Position numbers and translations under genes: made by a program. 64,000 bases of DNA, taken from the NCBI GenBank assembly GCA_963744995.1, contig CAVUWA010000002.1:896001-960000 (forward strand). The letters are read 5' to 3'. The stretch is from Candidatus Eiseniibacteriota bacterium. Lineage in GTDB: Bacteria; Eisenbacteria; RBG-16-71-46. This document shows positions 44,420 to 53,805 of this stretch, piece after piece (within the stretch, counting starts at the first letter, position 1; each line of letters begins with the position of its first letter). The notes under the pieces are model-generated. The model did not search any database and had not been told where the DNA came from. It worked only from the letters and a program-made list of their open reading frames with translations.

Positions 44420-45634
44420 ATGACTCGTGTCACACCCAGACGTTCAGTCAAACGCAGCAGTCGCATCGTGACTCTGCTTTCGATCGCTCTGGCGATCGAC
44501 GTGGCGGGCGCGCATGCCCGTTCGATGGATGGACCGCCCGCGCCCGCAGCCGCCACGGTCGAGGTGCGGCTCTCCGAATGGAAGGTGGAACTGGAGCCGG
44601 CCGACGTGCCCGCCGGACGCGTCGTCTTCCACGTGACCAACGCGGGCAAGGTGCCGCACGCGTTCGAAGTGGAAGGCCGCGGGCTCGAGAAGCAGACCGC
44701 CGAGATCCAGCCCGGTAAGGCGGCCTCGCTCGCCGTCGACTTTCCCAGGGCCGCGTCCGGGAAGGCCGTATCCTACGAGGTGTATTGCCCGGTGGGCAAG
44801 GGTTCGCACGAGATGCTCGGTATGAAGAACCGCATCACGGTGGGTGGGGAAAGCGGCACGGAGACGTCCGAGGAGGAGGATGAGGAATACCGCACCGACG
44901 CGAACGAGAGCCGGATGGTGCAAGTCACCGGCGGCGGTTCGGTCGTGCAGATCCTGCCCGGTCCGTACCCCTTCGCCGACAGCGCCAGGGCGGTGATCGA
45001 CACGCGCCCGGACAAGCAACGTGCGGATCTGCTCAAGAAAGCGAAGCTCGGCCCGTACTCGAACCAGATCGCCACGATTCGAGGTGACATCTCGGTGCTG
45101 GCGATCGACCGCGGCGCCTCCGGCGATTCGGTCTCGGGCACGGCCCGGTTCACGACCCGCGACGGCGCCCGCTGGCGCGTGGTCATGGATCGCGTGCAGA
45201 CGAGGGACATTCCGTTCAATCCGCGCTTCGGCGGGGTGATCATGGGCCTCTACTACCACGGGGCCACCAACGTCCATACGCCGCTCGTGCCCACGATCCA
45301 GAGCTCGCTGGCGTTGTGGGCGTTCGCGCACCTGTACCGGAACGACCGTCTGGTGAGCGACGATGCGATGGTGCACATCATGCTGCTGTCGCGCACCCGG
45401 CGGCCCGGAGACTGGGCGCTCGACTGTTGGGACTGTTCCGACCGTCCGGTCGAAGAACTCCAGCTCCAGGTCACGCCTGGACCGGGGGGAGCGGCGTTCG
45501 ATGCGCCCGGCGGCGTTCTGTTCGTGAACTGGGAAAAGTCCGGCGAGGTGCAGGGCGATGGCCCGCACGGAGCCATGGGCGCGCGCCGGGAGCCCGGGGC
45601 GCAGGAACAGACCACCGGGCGGAGCACCTGGTGA
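44420..45634 (+). CDS. Secreted cupredoxin-domain protein with unknown C-terminal domain
   Basis: SD GGAGG, signal peptide, N.G..PH and YEVYCPVGKGSHEMLGM type-1 copper ligands, acidic linker. Confidence 0.8.
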   Translation: MTRVTPRRSVKRSSRIVTLLSIALAIDVAGAHARSMDGPPAPAAATVEVRLSEWKVELEPADVPAGRVVFHVTNAGKVPHAFEVEGRGLEKQTAEIQPGKAASLAVDFPRAASGKAVSYEVYCPVGKGSHEMLGMKNRITVGGESGTETSEEEDEEYRTDANESRMVQVTGGGSVVQILPGPYPFADSARAVIDTRPDKQRADLLKKAKLGPYSNQIATIRGDISVLAIDRGASGDSVSGTARFTTRDGARWRVVMDRVQTRDIPFNPRFGGVIMGLYYHGATNVHTPLVPTIQSSLALWAFAHLYRNDRLVSDDAMVHIMLLSRTRRPGDWALDCWDCSDRPVEELQLQVTPGPGGAAFDAPGGVLFVNWEKSGEVQGDGPHGAMGARREPGAQEQTTGRSTW

Positions 45635-45706
45635 TCCGCAGCGGCTGTGTTTCCGGCGACGGTGACCTGCGAGTCTTCATGGGGCACCGGACGGCTCACG
45701 AAAATC

Positions 45707-45747
45707 GCCGGCCGGGCGACGGGCACCGCCCGTCGCCCGGGCCGGCA
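45707..45747. terminator. GC-rich hairpin
   Basis: ccgggcgacgggc acc gcccgtcgcccgg after the cupredoxin gene. Confidence 0.45.
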
Positions 45748-45816
45748 CTTCTTGAGACCACACGCGCCCGGTTCGCGGCACTCGCGCCGCACGCGACCGC
45801 GCGCTGGAGACTTCAC

Positions 45817-47077
45817 ATGAATAGCGTCATTCTATCGGGCGCCGTCGCACTTGGCCTGCTCGTGGCGGCGCGGCCGGCCTCGGCGCAGTGGAGTCCGGTT
45901 CCCGGGGTGCCGGCCACCGTCGTCTACTCGGTGAAGGCAAACGGGGACACCATTGCCGCCGGATCGGACGTACTGCGTGTTCGTCAGCACCGACGGCGGC
46001 GCTACCTGGAAACAGTCGGCGCCGGTGGCCCCGGCCGTGACCCAGATTAGATCCGTGCTGGTACACGACGGACGCCTCTACGCCGGCACGTACGGACAGG
46101 GTGTCTTCGTCAGCGACGACCTGGGCGACACGTGGACCGCGTTCAACCAGGGGCTGGTCGGCGGAATCCTCGACTCGCAGTTGTTCATCTCGGACTTCCT
46201 GGTGGACGGCGACCGCCTGTATGCGGCGACCTTCGGCGCAGGCGTCTGGATCCGCAGCCTGGCACCGTCGGGAACGTGGGCGCACTTCGGCGAGGTGTTC
46301 GAGCCCAACGCGGCCTCCACGGTGGCGGCGGTCGCCGTCGGCGGGACGCGTCTGCTGGCGCCGGCCGGCGCCAACGGCATGATGTTCCATCGTGACCCCG
46401 GGGACGCCGACTGGACGCTCTCCTTCCTGAACAACACGGGATGGGACGCGGGCGTCATGCCGCTGAAGGCCGTATGGACGGGCCACGAGTGGGTGGTGAG
46501 CGCGAATACGGGCGTCTACCGCAGTGCGACGGGGGCGTCGCCCTGGAGCTTCACCGACACCGGTCTGGCCCCGCTGCTGGCCGCCCCGCTCGCGCAACAG
46601 GGACCGATCGTGTTCGCCACCTTCGTGGGGATCGGCGGATCGACGCTCGAGTTCAGCGGCGACGAGGGGGCCACATGGAACGTGCTGGATGTGCAGCCCG
46701 GTGTGATCACGCTCGACATGGCGCTGGGGGGCGGCACGCTCTACGCCGCGCGCGGCGACGGACTCTGGCGCAGGTCGATCGAGACCCTGTCCGTGCCGGG
46801 AGGCTCCGGGGCCGAACGCCTGCGCTTCGAGATCGCAGGACCGCAGCCGGTCCGGAACGACGTCGTCTTCCGCTTCGAGTTGCCGCAGGGCGGCCCGGCG
46901 GTGATCGAAGTCTTCGACGCCGCCGGGCGGCGCGTGTCCGCCCGGCTCGAGGGCGGGGGAGCGGCCGGACCGCACGAGGTGGCATGGAGCGCGCGGGGGC
47001 TGTCGCCGGGAGTGTATCTGGCACGCCTGAGCGCGGGCCCGCGCCACGCCGTGGCGCGGCTGGTGCACGTGCGCTGA
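45817..47077 (+). CDS. Secreted BNR/Asp-box propeller protein with T9SS-type CTD (frameshift near 45970)
   Basis: Signal ending ASAQW, STDGGATW, SDDLGDTW; CTD PGVYLARL; paralog of 41530-42776. Confidence 0.83.
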
Positions 47078-47224
47078 ACGGGCTTGCCCTGGCCCGGCCG
47101 ACTCAGGAGCTTCCGGGCGAAGTCCGTTGGAGCGAGGCGTCACGCGCGATGGGGTCGGGGTCGGGACTCCGAATCTGGAGCGCGGCCGGCCGCCTGAACG
47201 CCGGGCGCACGCGACGATCGGCGG

Positions 47225-48838
47225 TCATTTCATCATCAGGACCTTGCGCGTCGGAGCCCCGGCGGTTGTCGCGAGCCGCAGGAAATAGACTCCCGGCGGG
47301 GCCGGTTCCCCGGTGTCCGATCGCCCGTCCCACGCGACGGATCGCGTGACGCCGGCCCTGGCGACCCCGTCGAAGAGCGTGGCGGTCCGCCTGCCCGCCG
47401 CGTCGAATACGGCCAGAACCACCGGTCCGTCCGTATCCGCCGAGAAGGTGACGGTCACGGCGGGTTCGAACGGATTGGGATGGGCATCGATGTGCGCGCC
47501 CCCGGCGCGGGGGATGTCGTCCACGCCGCTCGTCGGCTCGGGGATCAGCAGGTACGCCGACGTGTGCGTCGTGTCGGAATCGGCGACGGCAAGCGCGGAC
47601 ACCGCTTCGTTGGGTATCGCGTTGAGCGCGACGTGACCGCGGATGTCCATCGCCGACGCCTCATACGGAGCGGCCGCCGCCTGCGAGATGCCGGCCGCCT
47701 CCACCGTCCAGTTCCCTCCCGACTCCCTCCAGATGACCGGTTGCCTGGCCGATTCGTCGTACGGGGGACCGTTCGCCGACCATCCCACCAGGACCATCGA
47801 CTCGCTGCCCTGGCCGCTCAGAATGTCGTCCTGGTCGTAACCGATGAGCCCGTCGAGCACCGCACCGCCGTTGTCTCCGGGAAGCACGCCCAGGTCCTCG
47901 ACCGACCATGCAACGCCGTTGTACGTCCACAGCACCGGACGCGGATCGCCCAGGGCATTCGTGCAAACCCCCGCACCGAGCAGGTTGCCGGTGGTGCTGT
48001 CCACTCCGGCGACGCGCCCTTCTCCCGAGCTCCCGCCCGCGAGCAGCGGCAGGACATCCGTCGTCCAACCGTTGCCGTCGTTCTTCCATACGGCGGGGAG
48101 CGTCTGTCCGCCCGCACTCCTGCCCGCGCCGATTCCGAGGTAAGTGAAGTCGGCGATGCCGGCGCGCCCGCCGATCGCCCAGGACGGCCGGTCGGGAGGC
48201 AGGAAGTCGTCTTCGTCCATGGTGCCGGTGGTGAAACCGTTTCCCATATCCACCCACGCGGTGGCCTTGCGCACGCCGATTGCATTCTCCGACCACCCGA
48301 CCACGAGCGTCCGCAGGCCGAGGCCAACGGTGTTCACGTCGGCGTCGTTCGCTTCCCCCTGCATGCCGGGAAGGTGGCCGAGGACGACGGGCTGCCACGG
48401 CGGCGTCGTGCCCGGCGGCCAGGATGCGGGCGAGCGCCACAGCATCGGTTCGGCGTTCTTCGACGAATCCACCGCGGCGCCGACCGCAATCGTCACCCCG
48501 GACGGCTGGCGCTCGACGTCATTGGCCCAGCTGTCCTGCGCGGGCGCGAGGCCGGGAAGGATGCTCTCCAGCCACATCGCCGGTTCCTCGCGCTGCCAGT
48601 ACGCCGCTTTCGCGACGGTATCCCCGGAGACCCGCCTCCACCCGACGGCCTGCACCGGGGCCGACCCGACGTCGGCGAGCCCGCGTACGCGGCGCGCGGC
48701 GGCCGCACCGAGCGGCGGGCTGATCAACTCGGAGGTGTAGGGCCCGGACGACGCCATCGCGACGGGCGACACGGAAAGCGCCACGACGATGAACGCGAAG
48801 CCGGTGCGGAGCAACGGGGGTTTCACGCAGCGTGACAT
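47225..48838 (-). CDS. Secreted repeat/propeller-like protein with FlgD-Ig CTD
   Basis: Signal peptide, repeated VG.S..P..W..W..L..L units; CTD HPNPF..FDAAGRR..WDGR..PGVYFLRL. Confidence 0.8.
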   Translation of the reverse strand: MSRCVKPPLLRTGFAFIVVALSVSPVAMASSGPYTSELISPPLGAAAARRVRGLADVGSAPVQAVGWRRVSGDTVAKAAYWQREEPAMWLESILPGLAPAQDSWANDVERQPSGVTIAVGAAVDSSKNAEPMLWRSPASWPPGTTPPWQPVVLGHLPGMQGEANDADVNTVGLGLRTLVVGWSENAIGVRKATAWVDMGNGFTTGTMDEDDFLPPDRPSWAIGGRAGIADFTYLGIGAGRSAGGQTLPAVWKNDGNGWTTDVLPLLAGGSSGEGRVAGVDSTTGNLLGAGVCTNALGDPRPVLWTYNGVAWSVEDLGVLPGDNGGAVLDGLIGYDQDDILSGQGSESMVLVGWSANGPPYDESARQPVIWRESGGNWTVEAAGISQAAAAPYEASAMDIRGHVALNAIPNEAVSALAVADSDTTHTSAYLLIPEPTSGVDDIPRAGGAHIDAHPNPFEPAVTVTFSADTDGPVVLAVFDAAGRRTATLFDGVARAGVTRSVAWDGRSDTGEPAPPGVYFLRLATTAGAPTRKVLMMK

Positions 48839-49049
48839 GGTCGATCTCCTTCTCTGCGCGGCGGCCTGCGGGGCGGGGTGCCCGGAGGAGGATCGTGAAC
48901 GAAAATCCTACGCCCGGAGGGCGGGCCACGCCAGTTTGAACTCTCGCCGCGCCGCCACGGCGGTGGGGAGGAAATGCGCGCCAGGCCGGGAGAAGCCCGC
49001 GAGCGACTGGGCCCTCAGCGGCAGATCGAGGTGCACATGACGCTGCGGC

Positions 49050-52000
49050 TCACTCGCGCTCCGGAATCAGGTCGAAATCCCCGGCCAGGACGCGATCGAT
49101 GCGCCCGGTGCGCCAGCCGCGAGCCGAATCGCGCACCAGTGGCGCCGCGCCTTCGCGGTAGCGGCGCGCGACCTGCGTCGTCGGGGGCGCTCCGGCGGCG
49201 AGCGCCTCGGCCGCCTGCCGCAGCAGGCCCGCCGTGCCGTCACGGGCGGGGGTGGGCGGCTGCAGCGCCACGCGCACGCGCGCGGTGACGCGTGCCGTCC
49301 GCCCGCCCGGCTCGGTCCACTCGAGCACGTGCAGCCCTTCCTCCGCCTGCAGCAGCGTGTAGGCCGCGAACCCGGCCATGGCGAGCAGATGACGCCCTCC
49401 GGCGTCGCGGTCGACCTTCGGCGTCTCGAGCGCCGCCAGCCGCATGCCCCGCTCCCGCGCCCAGCCCGTGTACATCTGGACGAGCCGCTGCGCGAACTTC
49501 CGCGCGGCGCCCGCCGTCAGATGATCGTCGAGCTGCGGTTCGACCGCCAGGAACGCGTCGCGCGGTCCGGTCTCGAGCGCCTCATCCGCAGCTGCGCCCA
49601 GCAGGTAAAGCCGCTGTGCGATCCGGCGCACGACGTCGCGCGGGTAGCTCTGACGCGGCGCAGCCGGGTTTCCACTGATGCGATCCAGCAGGGACTTCGC
49701 GTTGCCCAGTCCGCGCTCGATGCGGTCCAGGTACTCCGTGCGCCCGAGCTTCTCGAAGCGATCCTCGCGAGCCCAGAATCCGGGCTCGGCGGACTCGAGC
49801 AGCAGCCGTTCCTTCGCCGAGCGCCAGGTCCCGCTCGCGACTCGCGCCTCGAGCATCTCGAGGGCGCCGCGGAGTCTTTCCACCTCCTCCGGTGTTCCGC
49901 GTGCCTCGAACGCGATCGAGCCGACTTCGCCCGCGCCGAGTGTTCCCGAGGCGCCGTCCACCGGCGCGACCGCCGGCGCATCGGGATCCACGAACTCGAC
50001 CGCAAGCCCGTCGCCATCCGCGCGCACGAACAGGAACTGGTCGCCCTCCGGGGCGCGGCGATCCACGATCGCGGCCGCGAGCGGGGTGAGGAGCAGCTGT
50101 TCCACGGCGCGCTTGAGCGGCCGCGCACCGAGCGAGGTCGAAAACCCGCGGTCGATCAGCAGCTCGATCGCGCTCTCCTCGAGCTCCACCGCCCATTCGC
50201 GGCGCCGCAGGCCGCGACGTGCGAATGCGTCCGACAGCTCCTTGCGCAGGATCGAGCGCATCACGTCGCGCGTGAGAGCGCGGAATACGATGACCTGGTC
50301 GAGCCGATTGCGCAGTTCCGGCCGGAACGCACGCTCGACCGCACGCATGATCGTGCCGGGGCCGAGCCCGTCGCTTTCGCCCACCAGCCCGACACGGACC
50401 TCGCCCGCCGACACGGTGCCGACGTTCGACGTCAGGATGATGATCGCCTGCCGGAAGTCGGTGGTCTCGCCGCGCGAATCGGTGAGCCGGCCGTCGTCGA
50501 ACACCTGCAGGAACAGATCCCACACGCGCGGGTGCGCCTTTTCGAACTCGTCGAGCAGCACCACGCAGAAGGGCTGGCGCCGCACGCGTTCGGCGAGCGA
50601 ATGGCCGCCGACGTCGAGCGCCGCACCGGTGCCCATCACCCGTTCGAGCGCGCCGGTGTCCTGCAGCTCGCTCATGTCGAGTCGCACAAGGCGTTCCGGG
50701 GAGCCGAACAGGTAGTCGGCGAGCGTCTTCGCGAGCTCGGTCTTGCCGGTGCCGCTCGGGCCCGCGAACAGGAACACGCCCGTGGGCCGCGTCGGATCGG
50801 TGACCCCTGCCTTGAGCAGCGCGAGCCGCTCGACCAGCCGGCTCACGGCTTCGGGCTGCCCGATGACGCGCGAGCCGAAGCGCGCGCGCACGCTCTCGAG
50901 GTCGAGCGTGCGACGCTCGTCGAGCAGGTCAAAGGGAAGGCCCGTCAGACGGGCCAGCGCCGAGACCAGGTCGTCCATCGTGAGCGATGGCGTGCCGCCG
51001 CCGGCAACGCGCAGCACGGCGTCCTCGAGAGCGCCTTCGAGCAGGCGGAGCACGCCACCGGGCGGCGCATGGGCGGACAGGTACTGCCGCGCGAGGGCCG
51101 CCGCCTCGCCGGACAACGCCGCCGGTACTTCGATCTTGCGTGCCTCCGCGGCGCGCACGGCCCATGCGTCGAGCAGACCGGTGATCTCGGCATCGGGCAC
51201 CGGCGCCAGGCGCACGACGTCGAACATTCGCCCGACCTCCTGCCGTTCCGACAGCACCCGCTCCAGCGCCTGCGGCCGCATCTCGCCCACGACCAGGAGC
51301 TGTCCGGCCTCGATCGCGGGCAGGATCATCTCGAGCAGCCCGATCGGGCTCTGCGAGTGGCGGCCGCTCCAGAGCAGATGGTGGAAGTCCGGCACGATCC
51401 ACAGGGTGCGTGGACGGGCAAGGCCACGCCGCAGCACGCGGACACGCTCTTCGAGCGCCCCGGTGAAGCTCATGCCCGCGTTGATCTGTGTGGCGCTGGC
51501 TTCGAAGATCGTCCAATCCTCCGCCGATAACCGGGCCGCCAGCCGCCGCACGAGCGCGGACTTGCCGACGCCGGGCTCACCGACGATCAGCACCGGGCGC
51601 GGCGGCTCCGCGACCAGCGAAGCGTGCGCCCGCTCGAGCGCGACATCCGCCGAGGGCGTCGGCAGCGCGTGCGACTCGCGCAGAGTCCCTGGCGCGCTCA
51701 GGCGTCCGATCTCGGCGAGCGGTGTGCGGGCGGCCAGCATCGGCGGCAGACTGGCATCGGACGCCAGCGCCTCTGCGCCGCCTGTTTCGCCGGTCCCCGC
51801 CGCGTCGTCGCCATGGCCGAGGAGCGTGAGCCATGGCCTGGCCACCGCCGGGTCCATGAGTCGACGCAGCACGCTCAGCAGATCGGTGTCGTCGAAACCG
51901 GCCGGAATCTGGACACCGTCGAAGGTCGGCGCGGCGGTCGCGGCGCGGCGTCGGAGGAACGCCTCCAGCGTGCCCGACATCTCGTCGCGAGCCCAACTGT

Positions 52001-52538
52001 CGTCGATCCGAACCAGCACGCGGCCGGCCAGGGTCGGATCGTCCGGTCGCCATGCCTCCAGCGTGCGCAACAGGAAATGACGCGACCAGACGTGGAAGGC
52101 GTTGACTCGCGCCAACAGCCGGTCTTCGGCGGCGGCGTCTCCCGGACGGCGCGACAGCGCGACCAGCGCCGCCCAGCACAGAATCGCGTCCTCGGAGCCG
52201 GCGAACTCGAACAGCATTTCGGTTTCGACTTCCGCCTTCGCGAACATCTCGACCAGTTCGCGAAACGGCGCGATGGAAGTCAGATCGTCGGGCCGCCAGA
52301 CGCGCGGGCCGTTGCCGACCCGGTCGCGCAGCTCGAGGACACGGGAGAGGAACGCTTCGGTGATGAACGGCGGACCATAGGGGCCGGGCGCCGCGTTCGG
52401 AGGAGGCGGTTCTTCGGTGCCCGCCCCCTGTTCCGGCGCGGACCCGCCGTCGGAAGCGCCATGCGCGCGCGCCATGAGACTCTGCCACAGCAGCACGAGC
52501 CCGATACCGATGAACAGACCTAGAATGAAGACGTCCAT
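49050..52538 (-). CDS. ClpA/B-type double AAA+ ATPase with N-terminal TM helix and C-terminal release-factor-like (PCRF) domain
   Basis: GEPGVGKS, GPSGTGKT, LLDEFEKAH, FRPELRNRLD, GARPLKR; C-terminal PGFW, MYTGWARERG, EEGLH and RRY..LVRD..GWRTG...VLAGDFD. Confidence 0.88.
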   Translation of the reverse strand: MDVFILGLFIGIGLVLLWQSLMARAHGASDGGSAPEQGAGTEEPPPPNAAPGPYGPPFITEAFLSRVLELRDRVGNGPRVWRPDDLTSIAPFRELVEMFAKAEVETEMLFEFAGSEDAILCWAALVALSRRPGDAAAEDRLLARVNAFHVWSRHFLLRTLEAWRPDDPTLAGRVLVRIDDSWARDEMSGTLEAFLRRRAATAAPTFDGVQIPAGFDDTDLLSVLRRLMDPAVARPWLTLLGHGDDAAGTGETGGAEALASDASLPPMLAARTPLAEIGRLSAPGTLRESHALPTPSADVALERAHASLVAEPPRPVLIVGEPGVGKSALVRRLAARLSAEDWTIFEASATQINAGMSFTGALEERVRVLRRGLARPRTLWIVPDFHHLLWSGRHSQSPIGLLEMILPAIEAGQLLVVGEMRPQALERVLSERQEVGRMFDVVRLAPVPDAEITGLLDAWAVRAAEARKIEVPAALSGEAAALARQYLSAHAPPGGVLRLLEGALEDAVLRVAGGGTPSLTMDDLVSALARLTGLPFDLLDERRTLDLESVRARFGSRVIGQPEAVSRLVERLALLKAGVTDPTRPTGVFLFAGPSGTGKTELAKTLADYLFGSPERLVRLDMSELQDTGALERVMGTGAALDVGGHSLAERVRRQPFCVVLLDEFEKAHPRVWDLFLQVFDDGRLTDSRGETTDFRQAIIILTSNVGTVSAGEVRVGLVGESDGLGPGTIMRAVERAFRPELRNRLDQVIVFRALTRDVMRSILRKELSDAFARRGLRRREWAVELEESAIELLIDRGFSTSLGARPLKRAVEQLLLTPLAAAIVDRRAPEGDQFLFVRADGDGLAVEFVDPDAPAVAPVDGASGTLGAGEVGSIAFEARGTPEEVERLRGALEMLEARVASGTWRSAKERLLLESAEPGFWAREDRFEKLGRTEYLDRIERGLGNAKSLLDRISGNPAAPRQSYPRDVVRRIAQRLYLLGAAADEALETGPRDAFLAVEPQLDDHLTAGAARKFAQRLVQMYTGWARERGMRLAALETPKVDRDAGGRHLLAMAGFAAYTLLQAEEGLHVLEWTEPGGRTARVTARVRVALQPPTPARDGTAGLLRQAAEALAAGAPPTTQVARRYREGAAPLVRDSARGWRTGRIDRVLAGDFDLIPERE

Positions 52539-52872
52539 GGGAGCCTCGCAACGCCGGACCCGCGCCCCTCACCCGGGTCGCCAGCATACCGGATCGGCGG
52601 AGTTCGGTCGCCGGCCCCCTGGCCTTCACGCTGCCGCATCCGCCCACGGTCCGGTTTCGCGCACGCCACGCACGGGCATGGGGCTTTCCCCGACGCTCTC
52701 GGTGGAAGCGTGCTCGCGCGGATGACACCCCCGCACCGGCGCCGGGCCATGACACCCCTCATACGACACCCGCCGTATCCACTGCGGCGCGCGTTCTTGC
52801 ACCCCTTCCGGGCCGCATGGCATCCTCGCGCCATTCACGGACGACATCCCGCTCCCACGGACTGGAACCGGC

Positions 52873-53805
52873 ATGCCTGAACCGTCGCGATTCGAGGAGT
52901 TCGCGCGGCTCGCCACCGAGCAGCGCAACCCTCGCACGTTCGACCTCGACACCCTCGACGTCACCGGGATCCTCGAGCGGATCTCGGCGGAAGACCGCAC
53001 CGTGGCCGGCGCCGTCGCGCGCGAGCTGCCGCACATCGCGAAGGCGGTGGACATGGTGGTGGAGAGCTTCCGCGCGGGCGGGCGGCTGATCTACGTCGGC
53101 GCCGGCACCAGCGGGCGCCTCGGCGTGCTCGATGCGGCCGAGTGCCCGCCGACCTTCGGCTCCGATCCCGCCATGGTGATCGGCGTCATCGCAGGCGGCG
53201 AGGGCGCACTGGTACGCGCAGTCGAGGGCGCCGAGGATCGCGAGGCGGACGGCGAGGCCGCCATGGTCGAGCGCCGCGTCGGGCCGCTCGACACGGTGAT
53301 CGGACTCGCCGCGAGCCGCCGCACGCCGTACGTGGTGGGTGCGGTGAAGGCGGCGCGCCGACTCGGCGCGCGCACCGGCTACGTGACCTGCACGCCGCGC
53401 AGCGAGTTCACGCTCGACGTGGACGTGGCGATCTGCCCGGAGGTCGGCCCCGAGGCGGTGATGGGCTCGACGCGCATGAAGGCCGGCACGGCGCAGAAGC
53501 TCACGCTCAACATGATCACCACGGCGGCGTTCGTGCGCATGGGCAAGGTGTACGAGAACATGATGGTCGATCTGATGGCGAACAGCGAGAAGCTCAAGGA
53601 GCGCAGCCGCCGCACGGTGATGACCGTCGCCGACGTGGATTACGACACCGCGGCGCGCGCAATCGAAGATGCGGGGAAGAGCGTCAAGACGGCGATCGTC
53701 ATGCTGCGCGCGGGCTGCACGCGCGAGGCGGCCGAGGCGCGCCTTGCGCGCGCGGACGGTTTCGTGCGTGCGGCCCTCGAGGGCCGGGAGGGTCCGACCC
53801 GATGA
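52873..53805 (+). CDS. murQ: N-acetylmuramic acid 6-phosphate etherase
   Basis: GAGTSGRLGVLDAAECPPTF, GAED and GSTRMKAGTAQK motifs. Confidence 0.97.
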   Translation: MPEPSRFEEFARLATEQRNPRTFDLDTLDVTGILERISAEDRTVAGAVARELPHIAKAVDMVVESFRAGGRLIYVGAGTSGRLGVLDAAECPPTFGSDPAMVIGVIAGGEGALVRAVEGAEDREADGEAAMVERRVGPLDTVIGLAASRRTPYVVGAVKAARRLGARTGYVTCTPRSEFTLDVDVAICPEVGPEAVMGSTRMKAGTAQKLTLNMITTAAFVRMGKVYENMMVDLMANSEKLKERSRRTVMTVADVDYDTAARAIEDAGKSVKTAIVMLRAGCTREAAEARLARADGFVRAALEGREGPTR

